From an uncultured Chitinophaga sp. (lineage in GTDB: Bacteria > Bacteroidota > Bacteroidia > Chitinophagales > Chitinophagaceae): a stretch of DNA of 39,058 nt. The stretch covers positions 22,071 to 61,128 of the forward strand of contig CAYYXC010000001.1 of the NCBI GenBank assembly GCA_964475505.1. Reading direction: 5' to 3'. A program made the position numbers and the translations under genes. The notes below the pieces were generated by a model that saw only the letters and a list, made by a program, of their open reading frames with translations, did no database searches and was not told the origin of the DNA. This document shows positions 8,838-18,974 of the stretch, piece by piece (the stretch's first letter is position 1; each line of letters opens with the position of its first letter).

Positions 8838-10349
8838 TTAATAACCGGGATTTTGCGTGATAGCCGAGATGTCAATCTCTAACTGCGGAATGGGGAATAC
8901 CTCATGCTTGCCGACTTGGAAGCCGGTGATCTTACTCGCCGCTTGACCGGTACGAACCAAATCAAAGAAACGCTCTCCCTCCATTGCCAACTCCAAACGG
9001 CGCTCATCCCATATTGCCTGACGCAAGGTGGCACCGGTGGTAGTGATGTTGTGTAGATTATCTCCGAAAGCGCGAGCCCGTACTTGGTTCAGATACTGCT
9101 GCGCCTTGTTGTCATTGGGCGTGGAGGAGCGATTGAAGGCCTCTGCTGCCATCAAAAGAACATCCGCATATCGAATGGCGCGAAAATTATTCTTGTAGTT
9201 CAGTTCAACTTGTCCAGAGGTCTCTCCTTTACGTGGATGATATTTCTGGTTGTACAAACCGGTATTCTTATAAGGTGCTACCTGGTACGTGATACCAAAA
9301 CCTGGATTTGCATTTTTATAGGCCTCAATATCGAGAATAGCCACGTCCTTTCGACGATCGCCTGCTTCAAAAGCGTTGGCTAAAGCTGCAGTAGGCAAAT
9401 CAAAACTCCAACCGGATGCGTAGGGCATGCCCGCTCCCCCATTCAATCCCCGTACACCTACCATCTGCACTGCGAAATTTCCTTGCCCGCGGTTTGGTCC
9501 ACCCCAATTATAATAAGGTGAATTATTCGAGTGTTGAATCTCAAAAACGGACTCAGGACCATTCTCTCCTGCAGCTAAGAATTGGGAACCGTAGTCGGAT
9601 ACCAATGAAAAAGCATTGGAGGTGATCACCGATTCCAGCGTCTGTGCAGCATTGTCAAATTTATTTTGATACAAATAGACTTTGCCCAAAAGCGCTTGTG
9701 CAGCATACTTGGTGATGCGTCCTTTTTGAACTTGCACTGCCGGCAACACGGCTATAGCTGCCGTGAGATCTCGCTCGATCTGTGCGTAAACATCCGCCTT
9801 AGGCGAGCGCTGCAATGAGCGCGATTCGCTCAAGCTCAAACGCTTGTCCACGAACAACGGCACATCGCCGAAGAAACGGACAAGGTGGAAATAATAATAA
9901 GCACGCAAGAAATATACCTCGCCATACAAAGCTTCCTTACCGGCAAATTCAATGGTCTTCCCGGCCGGATTAGACTGCTTGTACTGATGCATGTAGTTTG
10001 CACGATTGATTCCCTCATAGGCCTCCTGCCACAACTCGGTCAACATGTTGTTGACAGGCGTATGTGAAAAGTCATCAATTTGTTGCAAGGCCAACACATC
10101 GGAGGCATTTTCTCCACCGCTTGCGGCATCGTTGGTAGCTATGTCACCGATCAGCGGTGCGCGGCACAACCATTGCATGGGCGTATACACGCTCACGACC
10201 ATGGTGCGGTAATCAGACTCGGAGCTCAAGTAATTCAACTCCGTGATCTGGAAGTCTTCTTTAGGATCATAATCGATCCATTTTTTACAGGAGACCATGA
10301 GTGACAGCAGCATAGTCCCTGCTACGATTTGAAGTAGTTGCTTTCTCAT
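8838..10349 (-). CDS. susD: SusD/RagB family nutrient-binding outer-membrane lipoprotein
   Basis: Lipobox MVSC; YEGINRAN, GEVYFLRAYYYFHLVRFFGDVP, RYADVLLMAAEA, ERRLELAMEGERFFDLVR, C-terminal QNPGY. Confidence 0.97.
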   Translation of the reverse strand: MRKQLLQIVAGTMLLSLMVSCKKWIDYDPKEDFQITELNYLSSESDYRTMVVSVYTPMQWLCRAPLIGDIATNDAASGGENASDVLALQQIDDFSHTPVNNMLTELWQEAYEGINRANYMHQYKQSNPAGKTIEFAGKEALYGEVYFLRAYYYFHLVRFFGDVPLFVDKRLSLSESRSLQRSPKADVYAQIERDLTAAIAVLPAVQVQKGRITKYAAQALLGKVYLYQNKFDNAAQTLESVITSNAFSLVSDYGSQFLAAGENGPESVFEIQHSNNSPYYNWGGPNRGQGNFAVQMVGVRGLNGGAGMPYASGWSFDLPTAALANAFEAGDRRKDVAILDIEAYKNANPGFGITYQVAPYKNTGLYNQKYHPRKGETSGQVELNYKNNFRAIRYADVLLMAAEAFNRSSTPNDNKAQQYLNQVRARAFGDNLHNITTTGATLRQAIWDERRLELAMEGERFFDLVRTGQAASKITGFQVGKHEVFPIPQLEIDISAITQNPGY

Positions 10350-10368
10350 ATGTAGCTCGTTTGTTCGG

Positions 10369-13300
10369 TTAAAGTTTGATGTCCAATCCTACGGAAAAGG
10401 TTCTTGCCTGTGGATAGGCACCACGGTCAACCCCGGTATCCAAAATGCCACCGGCAATCTCCGGATCAAATCCGCTGTATTTAGTTAAGGTGAACAGGTT
10501 ACGCGCCTGTGCGTATACGCGGAGACTGCTGAATGCCTTTTTGAGCATTTTAGTTGGAAGCGTATAGCCCAACTGGATGTTCTTCAACTTCACAAAAGAT
10601 CCATCCTCAACATAGCGGCTGGATACGCGGATGTTGCTGTTGGCATCGGTGAAACTGTAGCGAGGATTGCGCGGATCATTGGTAGATCCTTCGCCTGTCC
10701 AACGCGCCAGCACCCCACGGTATTTGTTCGTGTAGTTACCATTGCGCTCCCAGGCACTGTATACATCATTGCCGACAGATGCATAGGTAAAGGCCGTCAG
10801 ATCGATGCCTTTGTATGACATATTCAGATTCCATCCGATGGTAAAATCAGGGAACGGATCACCGATCTTGGTCTTGTCTCTGGCATCAATGATTCCGTTG
10901 CCATCGATGTCGGCAAAACGAATATCACCAGGTACTGCACCAGCCTGTGCGGGCGCACTGGCGATCTCCGCTGCATTTTGGAAAATACCAATCGCTTGAT
11001 GGCCGAAGAAATAGCCGGGCGTCTGTCCTTTTTCAAATACAGTTACACTTTGGTTCTGTCCGTTGAAATAATAACCACCAAAGATCTTGGCGGTACCATC
11101 GGTGTTGGTAGCAGTGACCAAGTTAGTGGCCGTTGTGAAAGTGGCAGTTGTATTGATCAACAGGTTCTTACCAAGCTTGTCGTTATAACCAAGTGTGATC
11201 TCATATCCAGAGGTTTTCGTAGCACCGATGTTGGCGGTGGGGATAGGTACTGTTCCCAGATAAAGGGAAGCAGATGGAGTAAAGAGCAAGCCATCCACCT
11301 CACGAGTAAACCAATCAGCTGTCAAGGATAATTTACGCTTGAAGAACAAGGCGTCGAATCCAACGTTGGCCTGAATTTGCTTCTCCCAACGAAGGGCATT
11401 GTTGGCAGCAGATCCGACAGTGGCTCCGGGATAGAAAACGTCACCAAAATTGTAACCGTTGCTGTTGGCGGTAGGACCATAACTGGGTCCGCCCGTAACG
11501 ATGCCCACATATTGCGGATTCACGTTCTCATTACCAACCGTACCATAACTACCTCTGAGTTTCAGTTGATCGACCCAGGTGGCTTTGAAGAATTTCTCCT
11601 TGCTGATCAACCAACCAGCTGATCCGGAGAGGAAGTTGGCATTCTTATTGTCGGTTCCGAAGGCATAGGAACCGTCGCGACGAATAGTGATCGATGCCAG
11701 ATACTTCTCTTGATAATCGTAATTGGCCCGCAGGAATTTAGATAGGTTGCGACGGAAATACTGATAGTAGTAACCCGAGAGCGCGTTTGAGTTAGTTGAG
11801 TTATTGATGCCAGTGGCCGCGGTGAAATCGGCAAACTCCCAGCTGTTGAACGGAACATCCTGGCGCGTGGCACCAGCTGCATTACCGGACACTTTAGCCA
11901 AGGAGAAACCGAGTACGGTCTCAAAGTGATGATCTTCTTTCCAATCGAAGTCATAGTTTGCAAATGACTCCCAGGTGTAATTGAAATTACTAACCTTCTC
12001 GTGTGCAACGGTATTGAAGCGACCGGCAACCGTAGATCCATCCGGATTCATTGAGTTGTCGACATTGTTTACCCCCCAAAAAACGAGTGGAGTGAAACTG
12101 CGCGCATTCCCGTCGTACTTGGTGTAACCAAAACGAGAGGTGAATAAAAGGTTCTTGTATAATTTATACTGAAGCTCGGCCTTACCATAAAGCTTGAAGC
12201 CGACATTCTTATTATAGGTGTTCTCCAATTTGGTGAGCGGATTGAAGATCTCGGAGAGGATCCGAGTACTGAATCCGTATTGGCCGACGGTGTTGGGCAC
12301 ATTGTTCAGCACCGGCACGGTGGGATCATAGTTTAATGCCGAGCCCAGGATTGAGTTGAATGAGTTCTCCTGAATGCCTCGTCCATTTAACATCACGGCA
12401 GAAGTATTCAATATAAAGCGAAGACGGCTGTTCAAGTCAACATTGAAGTTGGCCGTGAGGTTACCACGCTTGAAGAGCGATTTATCATCTCCTCCAACAA
12501 TACCGCCCTGGCTGAGCAATCCGCCAGACAAGAAATAAGTAACCTGGTCGGAACCACCGCGGGCAGATATATTATGTGTCTGCAACGTAGCACGCTTGAA
12601 TACCTGATCCTGCCAGTTGGTGCCCACCCCGATTCCAGTCAAATTGGGGAAGATCACCGGACCGCCGGCTACTGTGCTTCCTTCATTGACCATTGCCGCA
12701 TACTCAGTTGCATTCAATACACCAACAGTGTTGAGCACTTCCTGTACGCCATAGTTGCTATTAATATTAAACTCCGCTTTTTGACCCTTACGTCCCGAAC
12801 GGGTTGTGACGAGGATCACACCGTTTCCACCCTTCACACCGTAAATGGCAGATGTGGCCGCGTCCTTCAGCACGTTGATGGACTCGATCTCCGCTGCATT
12901 TATGGAATTCAGATCCGTAAGCGTTTGAGGCACTCCATCAATGATGACCACTGGATCAGTACCGGAGTAAGAAGGAATACCGCGAATCAATACCGTTGGC
13001 TTGGATCCGGGTGAACCACTCTGGATGACATTCACACCCGCAGCGCGACCCTGAAGCGCCTCTTCCGTACGAACGGGACGAAGCTTATCAATGTCGGCAC
13101 CCTTAACCGTGGAAATAGCACCGGATACTTTGGTCACCTTTTGGGTACCATACCCAACCACCACCACATCGGAAAGGGTGGAAGAGCCGGCAACGACCAT
13201 CCGGATGTCCAGGTCCTGCCCGGCGACTTTGACCTCTTGGGTCTCCATTCCGGTGTAACTAATAGAAAGGGTTGAACCGACAGAAATACCGGCCAATGTA

Positions 13301-13479
13301 AAACGGCCCTGCGCATCGGTTTGGGTAGACTGACTACCCCCTTTAACCTTGACAGTAGCACCAACCAGCGGCTCGGAATTGGTAACATTTAATACCCTAC
13401 CCCTTACCGTGATCGTTTGGGCCATGACCTGGAATACCAAGGCCATTAATAGACCCGTGAAGAAGATCTTTCTTTTCAT
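10369..13479 (-). CDS. susC: SusC/RagA family TonB-dependent transporter
   Basis: VVVVGYGTQ, plug motif IESINVLKDAATSAIYGVKGGNGVILVTT, LKLRGSYG, YSGFDPE, YPQART. ATG 13479 (MKRKIFF, signal peptide) is preferred over TTG 13497. Confidence 0.97.
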   Translation of the reverse strand: MKRKIFFTGLLMALVFQVMAQTITVRGRVLNVTNSEPLVGATVKVKGGSQSTQTDAQGRFTLAGISVGSTLSISYTGMETQEVKVAGQDLDIRMVVAGSSTLSDVVVVGYGTQKVTKVSGAISTVKGADIDKLRPVRTEEALQGRAAGVNVIQSGSPGSKPTVLIRGIPSYSGTDPVVIIDGVPQTLTDLNSINAAEIESINVLKDAATSAIYGVKGGNGVILVTTRSGRKGQKAEFNINSNYGVQEVLNTVGVLNATEYAAMVNEGSTVAGGPVIFPNLTGIGVGTNWQDQVFKRATLQTHNISARGGSDQVTYFLSGGLLSQGGIVGGDDKSLFKRGNLTANFNVDLNSRLRFILNTSAVMLNGRGIQENSFNSILGSALNYDPTVPVLNNVPNTVGQYGFSTRILSEIFNPLTKLENTYNKNVGFKLYGKAELQYKLYKNLLFTSRFGYTKYDGNARSFTPLVFWGVNNVDNSMNPDGSTVAGRFNTVAHEKVSNFNYTWESFANYDFDWKEDHHFETVLGFSLAKVSGNAAGATRQDVPFNSWEFADFTAATGINNSTNSNALSGYYYQYFRRNLSKFLRANYDYQEKYLASITIRRDGSYAFGTDNKNANFLSGSAGWLISKEKFFKATWVDQLKLRGSYGTVGNENVNPQYVGIVTGGPSYGPTANSNGYNFGDVFYPGATVGSAANNALRWEKQIQANVGFDALFFKRKLSLTADWFTREVDGLLFTPSASLYLGTVPIPTANIGATKTSGYEITLGYNDKLGKNLLINTTATFTTATNLVTATNTDGTAKIFGGYYFNGQNQSVTVFEKGQTPGYFFGHQAIGIFQNAAEIASAPAQAGAVPGDIRFADIDGNGIIDARDKTKIGDPFPDFTIGWNLNMSYKGIDLTAFTYASVGNDVYSAWERNGNYTNKYRGVLARWTGEGSTNDPRNPRYSFTDANSNIRVSSRYVEDGSFVKLKNIQLGYTLPTKMLKKAFSSLRVYAQARNLFTLTKYSGFDPEIAGGILDTGVDRGAYPQARTFSVGLDIKL

Positions 13480-13525
13480 ACAGCAGTTGTTTAGCAATTC
13501 GTTTTAATAACGATTAAAACCTTCA

Positions 13526-13533
13526 CAAGATTA
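13526..13533 (-). promoter_or_regulatory. Candidate -7 promoter element of the susC operon (TAATCTTG)
   Basis: One mismatch to the Bacteroidota TAnnTTTG consensus. A TTTA (-33-like) element lies about 20 bp upstream. Confidence 0.5.
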
Positions 13534-13563
13534 AAGGAGTTAAATGGACTTATAAAAATATCC

Positions 13564-13636
13564 ACTCCAACAATACTACATCCTTTATCACAATACATTG
13601 ATTATCAATATTTGATTACTACATCAGCACTACATC
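13564..13636. promoter_or_regulatory. Candidate operator: ACTACATC direct repeats around a central palindrome
   Basis: ACTACATC at 13575, 13618 and 13629, with degenerate ACTCCAAC at 13564, forming two pairs with 11-bp period. Palindrome ATTGAT-T-ATCAAT at 13597-13609. Confidence 0.6.
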
Positions 13637-13683
13637 AAAAACGGAAATAGGACTCTACAAAATAGAATGCTTACCTTTTGACC

Positions 13684-16569
13684 ATGAAAGCTATTTTCTG
13701 CTGGTTCATTTCGTTTATTACGATTTTGGACTCAATTGGACAGAACACAATCGGATTGCCGGATGTGATCAATTACCCCAAAAAAAGCTACGGAGGAGGG
13801 CTTCAGAACTGGGATATCAGCCAAGACTCCAGCGGGATTATTTACGCAGCAAACAACGAGGGGGTTTTGAGTTATGACGGCCGATACTGGAACTTACACC
13901 CGCTACCCAACAGAACCATCGCCAGATCGGTGTTGGCGGGTAGTGACCGAAAAGTATATGTAGGTGGTCAGGATGAGCTGGGCTATTTCAGTCCGGATGC
14001 TTCCGGTAGACTCCAATATGAGTCGCTCCTCAACAAAATAGCCGAGTCGGATCGTTCATTTGGTGATGTATGGGATATCGTACAGATCAATCAGGACATT
14101 TGGTTTCGTTCCGCAAAGCGGATTTTTAAATACAGCGGATCCGCAATAGCTACCTATCCGGCCAGTTCAGAGTGGGGTTTTCTGGGATCCGCGGGGGGCA
14201 AATTATTTGCTCAAGACTTTGATAGGGGCTTGATGACTTTTGAAAATGGTGCTTGGCGGACTCTTTTTCCGCGAGCCCCTCTTCCAATAGGAGATGTGAT
14301 TACGGGTATACATGCATTGGAAGGCGGACAGTGGATGGTGGCTTATCTGAAATCTGGACTTTTCATCTCCAACGGAGAGGGCTTGAAACCGATGCAGCAC
14401 GAGGACATCAAAACCATTCGAGCCGCACGCATCTATGCAACAGCCAACCTGCCCGACGGACGATTCGCCTTGGCAACAAATACGGATGGATTGTATGTGA
14501 TCGACCGGACAGGAAAACGAATTCAACATTTTTCCAGAAAGGAAGGATTACAAAATAACAACGTACTGAGTGTACGGTCAGACAGAAACAGCAACCTCTG
14601 GCTGGGCCTTGACAACGGAATTGATTTCATAGCGTACAACAGTCCCATCAAACGCATCGATCCAACCGAAGGGAATGCCACAGCCTACACAACACTGATC
14701 CAAAACGGCATCCTCTACATTGGCACCTCCAATGGAACTTGGATGACTACCCTCGAGCAATTGGCAGATCTGAGCTTTAGTCAACAACCGTTTCAGCGAA
14801 TAGAAAATACCAATGGGCAGGCATGGTCACTTGCAGAAATCAATAATCAAGTACTGCTGGGACACCATGAGGGAATGTTCCGTATTCGTGCCGGCTCGGC
14901 TTCCCCCATCCAATCCGGTTTGGGCTTTTGGAACTTCAAAGCAATGAGCGCTACCTATCCCACGGAACGCGTTCTAGCGGGTAATTATAAAGGACTCCAA
15001 TATTTTGAATTCAATGGTGATCAATTCAAGCCAGGCAAAATATTCTATCCCTTTGAAGAGTCATCCCGATATGTAGTGATCGATGGGGAAAACAATATTT
15101 GGGTCTCTCACCCCTACCACGGTGTTTTTCGCTTAAATGACAATGGGGTCGATAGTAATCAAACTTGGAAAACATACACCGAAAAAAACGGACTGCCCTC
15201 CCGACTGAACAATCACATCTTCAAGGTACGAGAGCAATTGCTGGTGGGCACAGAAAAAGGAGTATACCGATACGACGCAAAAGCAAACAGATTTGAACCA
15301 GATCCTGCATACAAAGAACTATTGGGTAATCAAAGCATCCGCTACTTGCAAGAAGACAGCCAAGGAAACATATGGTTCATCCACGAAAAAACCGTTGGAT
15401 GGATCGATCGGTCCAAAACAACCTCGCTCGTAATGTACCTGCCTGAGTTGAAAAATAAATTGCTGAGCGGGTTTGAGTTCATCTACCCATATAACGAACA
15501 AAATGTTTTTCTGGCAGGAGAGGCCGGACTCTATCACGTGAACCTGCTGAAGTACAGACAGCAGCAGGAAAAAATGCAGGTCAGCATCAGAGGTGTTCGA
15601 ATCGGACTTCAAGGCGATAGCATTTTATTTGGCGGCTTTGGTCAGCTGGATGCTACACGATCGTTCACGATCCATCCAAACGAAAAAAATATTCGCTTTG
15701 AGTTTAGTTCACCTCCTAATACAGACCCAGAATCGCTCGAGTACAGTTATCGACTAGAAGGCTTTGAGGATCGCTGGTCAGAATGGTCTAAGCGAACAGA
15801 AAAAGAGTTTACAAACCTACCCCCGGGGAAATACCGTTTTGAAGTCAAGGTCAGAAACAACCTGGGCATTGAATCAGATACCAACAGTTTTGTTTTTGAG
15901 CTGCTGCCCCCTTGGTATCGTACACCACTGGCATGGATCATTTACGCAGCACTCGGAGGAGGTCTTATTGCATGGCGGTATCGATACCAACAGAATAAAT
16001 TCAAAAAACAACAGCAACTCTTTGAAGAGGAACAGCGAAAAATGCAGTACATATTGGAGTTGGAAAAAAGCAGAGCAGAGGGTGAACTCATCGCCATACG
16101 TAGTCAAACCCTTGAGTCAGAGATTCAATTCAAAAATTCAGAACTAGCGGCCTCCGCCATGCACCTGGTAAAAAAAGGAGAACTCATCTCTCGACTTAAA
16201 GCAGAATTGAGTCAATTGATGCGCCGCGTAGATGTTCCCGCAGCGCAGACAGAAGTAAAAAAAATGATCAAACAGCTGGAGGAGGATGAACAGATCGATC
16301 AGGAATGGGACCAGTTCGCAAAGCACTTCGATAAAGTACACAGTGATTTTGTAATGCAGTTGAAATCGAGACATCCCGACATCAGTCCGAACGAAGTCAA
16401 GCTCTGCTCCTTCTTACGAATGAACCTGAGCTCCAAAGAAATTGCTCAATTGCTTAATATCTCTGTGCGCGGTGTGGAGATCAGCCGATACAGGCTTCGA
16501 AAGAAATTAAACTTACAGGCAGGAGAAAACCTATTTGACTATCTGATCAAAATACAGAAAACAACTTAG
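13684..16569 (+). CDS. Membrane-anchored transcriptional regulator: periplasmic beta-propellers, YYY domain, TM helix, coiled coil and LuxR-type HTH (no kinase or receiver)
   Basis: GLQNNNVLS..DRNSNLWLGLDNG propeller repeats; YSYRLEGFE..WSEW...FTNLPPGKYRFEVK; PPWYRT plus TM; C-terminal LRMNLSSKEIAQLLNISVRGVEISRYRLRKKL. Divergent from susC. ATG 13684 preferred. Confidence 0.88.
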   Translation: MKAIFCWFISFITILDSIGQNTIGLPDVINYPKKSYGGGLQNWDISQDSSGIIYAANNEGVLSYDGRYWNLHPLPNRTIARSVLAGSDRKVYVGGQDELGYFSPDASGRLQYESLLNKIAESDRSFGDVWDIVQINQDIWFRSAKRIFKYSGSAIATYPASSEWGFLGSAGGKLFAQDFDRGLMTFENGAWRTLFPRAPLPIGDVITGIHALEGGQWMVAYLKSGLFISNGEGLKPMQHEDIKTIRAARIYATANLPDGRFALATNTDGLYVIDRTGKRIQHFSRKEGLQNNNVLSVRSDRNSNLWLGLDNGIDFIAYNSPIKRIDPTEGNATAYTTLIQNGILYIGTSNGTWMTTLEQLADLSFSQQPFQRIENTNGQAWSLAEINNQVLLGHHEGMFRIRAGSASPIQSGLGFWNFKAMSATYPTERVLAGNYKGLQYFEFNGDQFKPGKIFYPFEESSRYVVIDGENNIWVSHPYHGVFRLNDNGVDSNQTWKTYTEKNGLPSRLNNHIFKVREQLLVGTEKGVYRYDAKANRFEPDPAYKELLGNQSIRYLQEDSQGNIWFIHEKTVGWIDRSKTTSLVMYLPELKNKLLSGFEFIYPYNEQNVFLAGEAGLYHVNLLKYRQQQEKMQVSIRGVRIGLQGDSILFGGFGQLDATRSFTIHPNEKNIRFEFSSPPNTDPESLEYSYRLEGFEDRWSEWSKRTEKEFTNLPPGKYRFEVKVRNNLGIESDTNSFVFELLPPWYRTPLAWIIYAALGGGLIAWRYRYQQNKFKKQQQLFEEEQRKMQYILELEKSRAEGELIAIRSQTLESEIQFKNSELAASAMHLVKKGELISRLKAELSQLMRRVDVPAAQTEVKKMIKQLEEDEQIDQEWDQFAKHFDKVHSDFVMQLKSRHPDISPNEVKLCSFLRMNLSSKEIAQLLNISVRGVEISRYRLRKKLNLQAGENLFDYLIKIQKTT

Positions 16570-16622
16570 CATGAATTGATTAGCAAGCTGATCAGCGCAA
16601 AAATTTTGAGGCAGCGGACTTA

Positions 16623-17378
16623 TCAAATATTCAACCCTCCACAAACGCTGATCGTTTGCCCCGTGATGTATGAGGCCATATCACTGGCTAAAAACACGGT
16701 TACATTGGCAATGTCAGATGCAGTAGCAAATTTTCCGAGCGGAATGCCGGCTTTGTATTTCTCGGCCCCCTCACCATCTTTCAGGTATTGGGTCATATCG
16801 GTCTCTACGAAACCAGGTGCGATCGCATTGCAACGAATATTTCGGCTGCCGAGCTCCTTGGCAACAGACTTGGTAAATCCGATGATGCCGGCTTTACTGG
16901 CGGCATAACTGGCTTGTCCAGCATTTCCGATCTCCCCAATGATGGAACTCATATTGATGATTACACCATTGCGGGCTTTCATCATAGGACGGATCACCTG
17001 CTTGGTCATGTAGAAAACACTATTCAGATTCACTTGGATCACCTGATCCCACTGCTCATTGGTCATACGCATCAACAGATTATCCTTGGAAATACCGGCA
17101 TTATTGACCAGAATATCAATTTGCCCGAAAAGCTGTAATACTTCGTTTACAAAGGATTCGCATTGGGCTGCATCGCCGGCATTGCTTTTCCATGCTTTGG
17201 CCTTCACCCCCATTGATTGGAGTTTTTGTTCCAGCGAGGCCGCTCTTTCCGCACTGCTGTCACTCACATAAGTAAAAGCAATGTTTGCTCCTTGCTCAGC
17301 CATTTGGATGGCAATGGCTTCACCGATTCCACGCGCGGCACCGGTTACAATGGCAACTTTTCCTTCAAGCAATTTCAT
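16623..17378 (-). CDS. fabG: 3-oxoacyl-[ACP] reductase
   Basis: TGAARGIG, NNAGISKDNLLMRM, GNAGQASYAASKAG, NAIAPGFVETDMT. Confidence 0.93.
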   Translation of the reverse strand: MKLLEGKVAIVTGAARGIGEAIAIQMAEQGANIAFTYVSDSSAERAASLEQKLQSMGVKAKAWKSNAGDAAQCESFVNEVLQLFGQIDILVNNAGISKDNLLMRMTNEQWDQVIQVNLNSVFYMTKQVIRPMMKARNGVIINMSSIIGEIGNAGQASYAASKAGIIGFTKSVAKELGSRNIRCNAIAPGFVETDMTQYLKDGEGAEKYKAGIPLGKFATASDIANVTVFLASDMASYITGQTISVCGGLNI

Positions 17379-17404
17379 ATGCAGTAGTTTGAGTGGCGGT
17401 AAAA

Positions 17405-18916
17405 TTAGGCCTTATTCATGGAAAGCAGTTCCTCCATGAGTGTACGCTCGTTACTGAGTCGAGGTACTTTGTGTTGTCCACCCAACTTCCCTCTCCCTTT
17501 TAGCCAGTCGGCAAACAGTCCCGGACGAGCAGCATGTACCAACGGCATTCTTAGTGCAATGCTTTTTTGTCGCTTGGCTTCATAGTCGGTATTGACGGCT
17601 TGCAAAGATTGATCAAGCACCTCAATGAAACGTTCCATTGAGTCGGGCCTATGCTCAAATTCAACGATCCACTCATGAGCACCATTTCCTTCCGCAGAAA
17701 AGTAAACGGGTGCCGCCGTATAATCTGATACAACTGCATTGGTAGCAGCCGATGCCAATGCAATGGCCCGATCAGAATTATCGACGATCACTTCTTCCCC
17801 AAAAGCATTGATATAATGTTTCAGTCGGCCACTGACCTTGATCCGATACGGATTCAGCTGCGTAAATTGGACCGTATCTCCGATCAGGTACCGCCAAAGT
17901 CCGCCATTGGTGGAAATGATCAAAGCATATTGCTTTCCCAATTCCACTTTATCTAAGCCAACCGTTAGCGGATGCTTCTTTCCATATTCAGAAAGCGGCA
18001 TGAATTCCATAAAGATCCCGTGATCGGGAAACAGCAGCATGCCGTTGCTATCGGGACGATCCTGCGCAGCAAAGAATCCTTCGCTGGCATTGTACATCTC
18101 TAGATAATGTATGGACTTTCCTATAATGTTTTCAAACTGTGATCGGTAAGGTGTAAAGGAAACACCACCGTGTAGATATAATTCCAAATTGGGCCAAACT
18201 TCACACATGGCCGATTTACCGGTGATCTCAAGGATACGACGGAACAGCACCAAGGTCCACGTAGGTACTCCGGAAATGGAAGTAACATTCTCCGAAATGG
18301 TAGCGGCTGCCAACTTTTCGATCTTCGACTCCCACTCATCCATCAAAGCAATACTCAAGTCAGGCGTACGAAGCCAATGGCCCCAGAAAGGTGAGTTTTG
18401 AAGCAGCACCGCACTTAGATCGCCGTATTGTGCTTCGGGATTAACTGCATGCAAGGTATGACTACCACCGATCACCAACCCTTTCCCGGTAAGCAGATTG
18501 GAATCAGGATGAAATTGATAATACATAGTGAGTACATCCTTCGATGCTTTGTAGTGTCCGTTGGATAAACTCTCCTGACTGATGGGAATGAATTTGCTTC
18601 GATCACTGGTAGTGCCACTGCTTTTGGCAAACCAGTGGATCGGTGTATCCCAAAGAACATTCTGCTCCCCTTGCATTATCCGATCGATATATGGCTTGAG
18701 GTCCTCATACTCATGCACCGGCACCGTATCCTTAAAAGAGCGAATATTGAATAGGGTTGAGAATTGATATTGTCTCCCAAATTCAGTGTATTGGGCTGCG
18801 GTGACCAACTCCTGCAATACATCCCGCTGCGCATCCATTGGATTGTCACGCCAGGCATCAATGCGCCAACTGCGCATACGGGCAAGGGACGAGATGGCCG
18901 GGGAGAGAAGGTTCAT
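17405..18916 (-). CDS. GH3 auxin-responsive-promoter family protein (adenylate-forming acyl-amino acid ligase fold)
   Basis: FAKSSGTTSDRSKFIP P-loop, YNASEGF, GLWRYLIGD, GGQHKVPRL. Confidence 0.88.
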   Translation of the reverse strand: MNLLSPAISSLARMRSWRIDAWRDNPMDAQRDVLQELVTAAQYTEFGRQYQFSTLFNIRSFKDTVPVHEYEDLKPYIDRIMQGEQNVLWDTPIHWFAKSSGTTSDRSKFIPISQESLSNGHYKASKDVLTMYYQFHPDSNLLTGKGLVIGGSHTLHAVNPEAQYGDLSAVLLQNSPFWGHWLRTPDLSIALMDEWESKIEKLAAATISENVTSISGVPTWTLVLFRRILEITGKSAMCEVWPNLELYLHGGVSFTPYRSQFENIIGKSIHYLEMYNASEGFFAAQDRPDSNGMLLFPDHGIFMEFMPLSEYGKKHPLTVGLDKVELGKQYALIISTNGGLWRYLIGDTVQFTQLNPYRIKVSGRLKHYINAFGEEVIVDNSDRAIALASAATNAVVSDYTAAPVYFSAEGNGAHEWIVEFEHRPDSMERFIEVLDQSLQAVNTDYEAKRQKSIALRMPLVHAARPGLFADWLKGRGKLGGQHKVPRLSNERTLMEELLSMNKA

Positions 18917-18974
18917 CGCAATGAAAAATAAATCATTTTCCTAATAAGCATATGTCCGAGGTAGATGAAAGCGA

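Noticed and set aside
13598-13608. FNR/Crp box (TTGAT...ATCAA)
   Set aside because: The spacer is 1 nt rather than the 4 nt of a canonical FNR site. Kept only as an unassigned palindrome.
17405-18916. Second glycoside hydrolase family 3 gene, or a plant-derived auxin gene
   Set aside because: This is a name coincidence: it belongs to the Gretchen Hagen 3 adenylating family, common in Bacteroidota, and nothing here suggests recent transfer.
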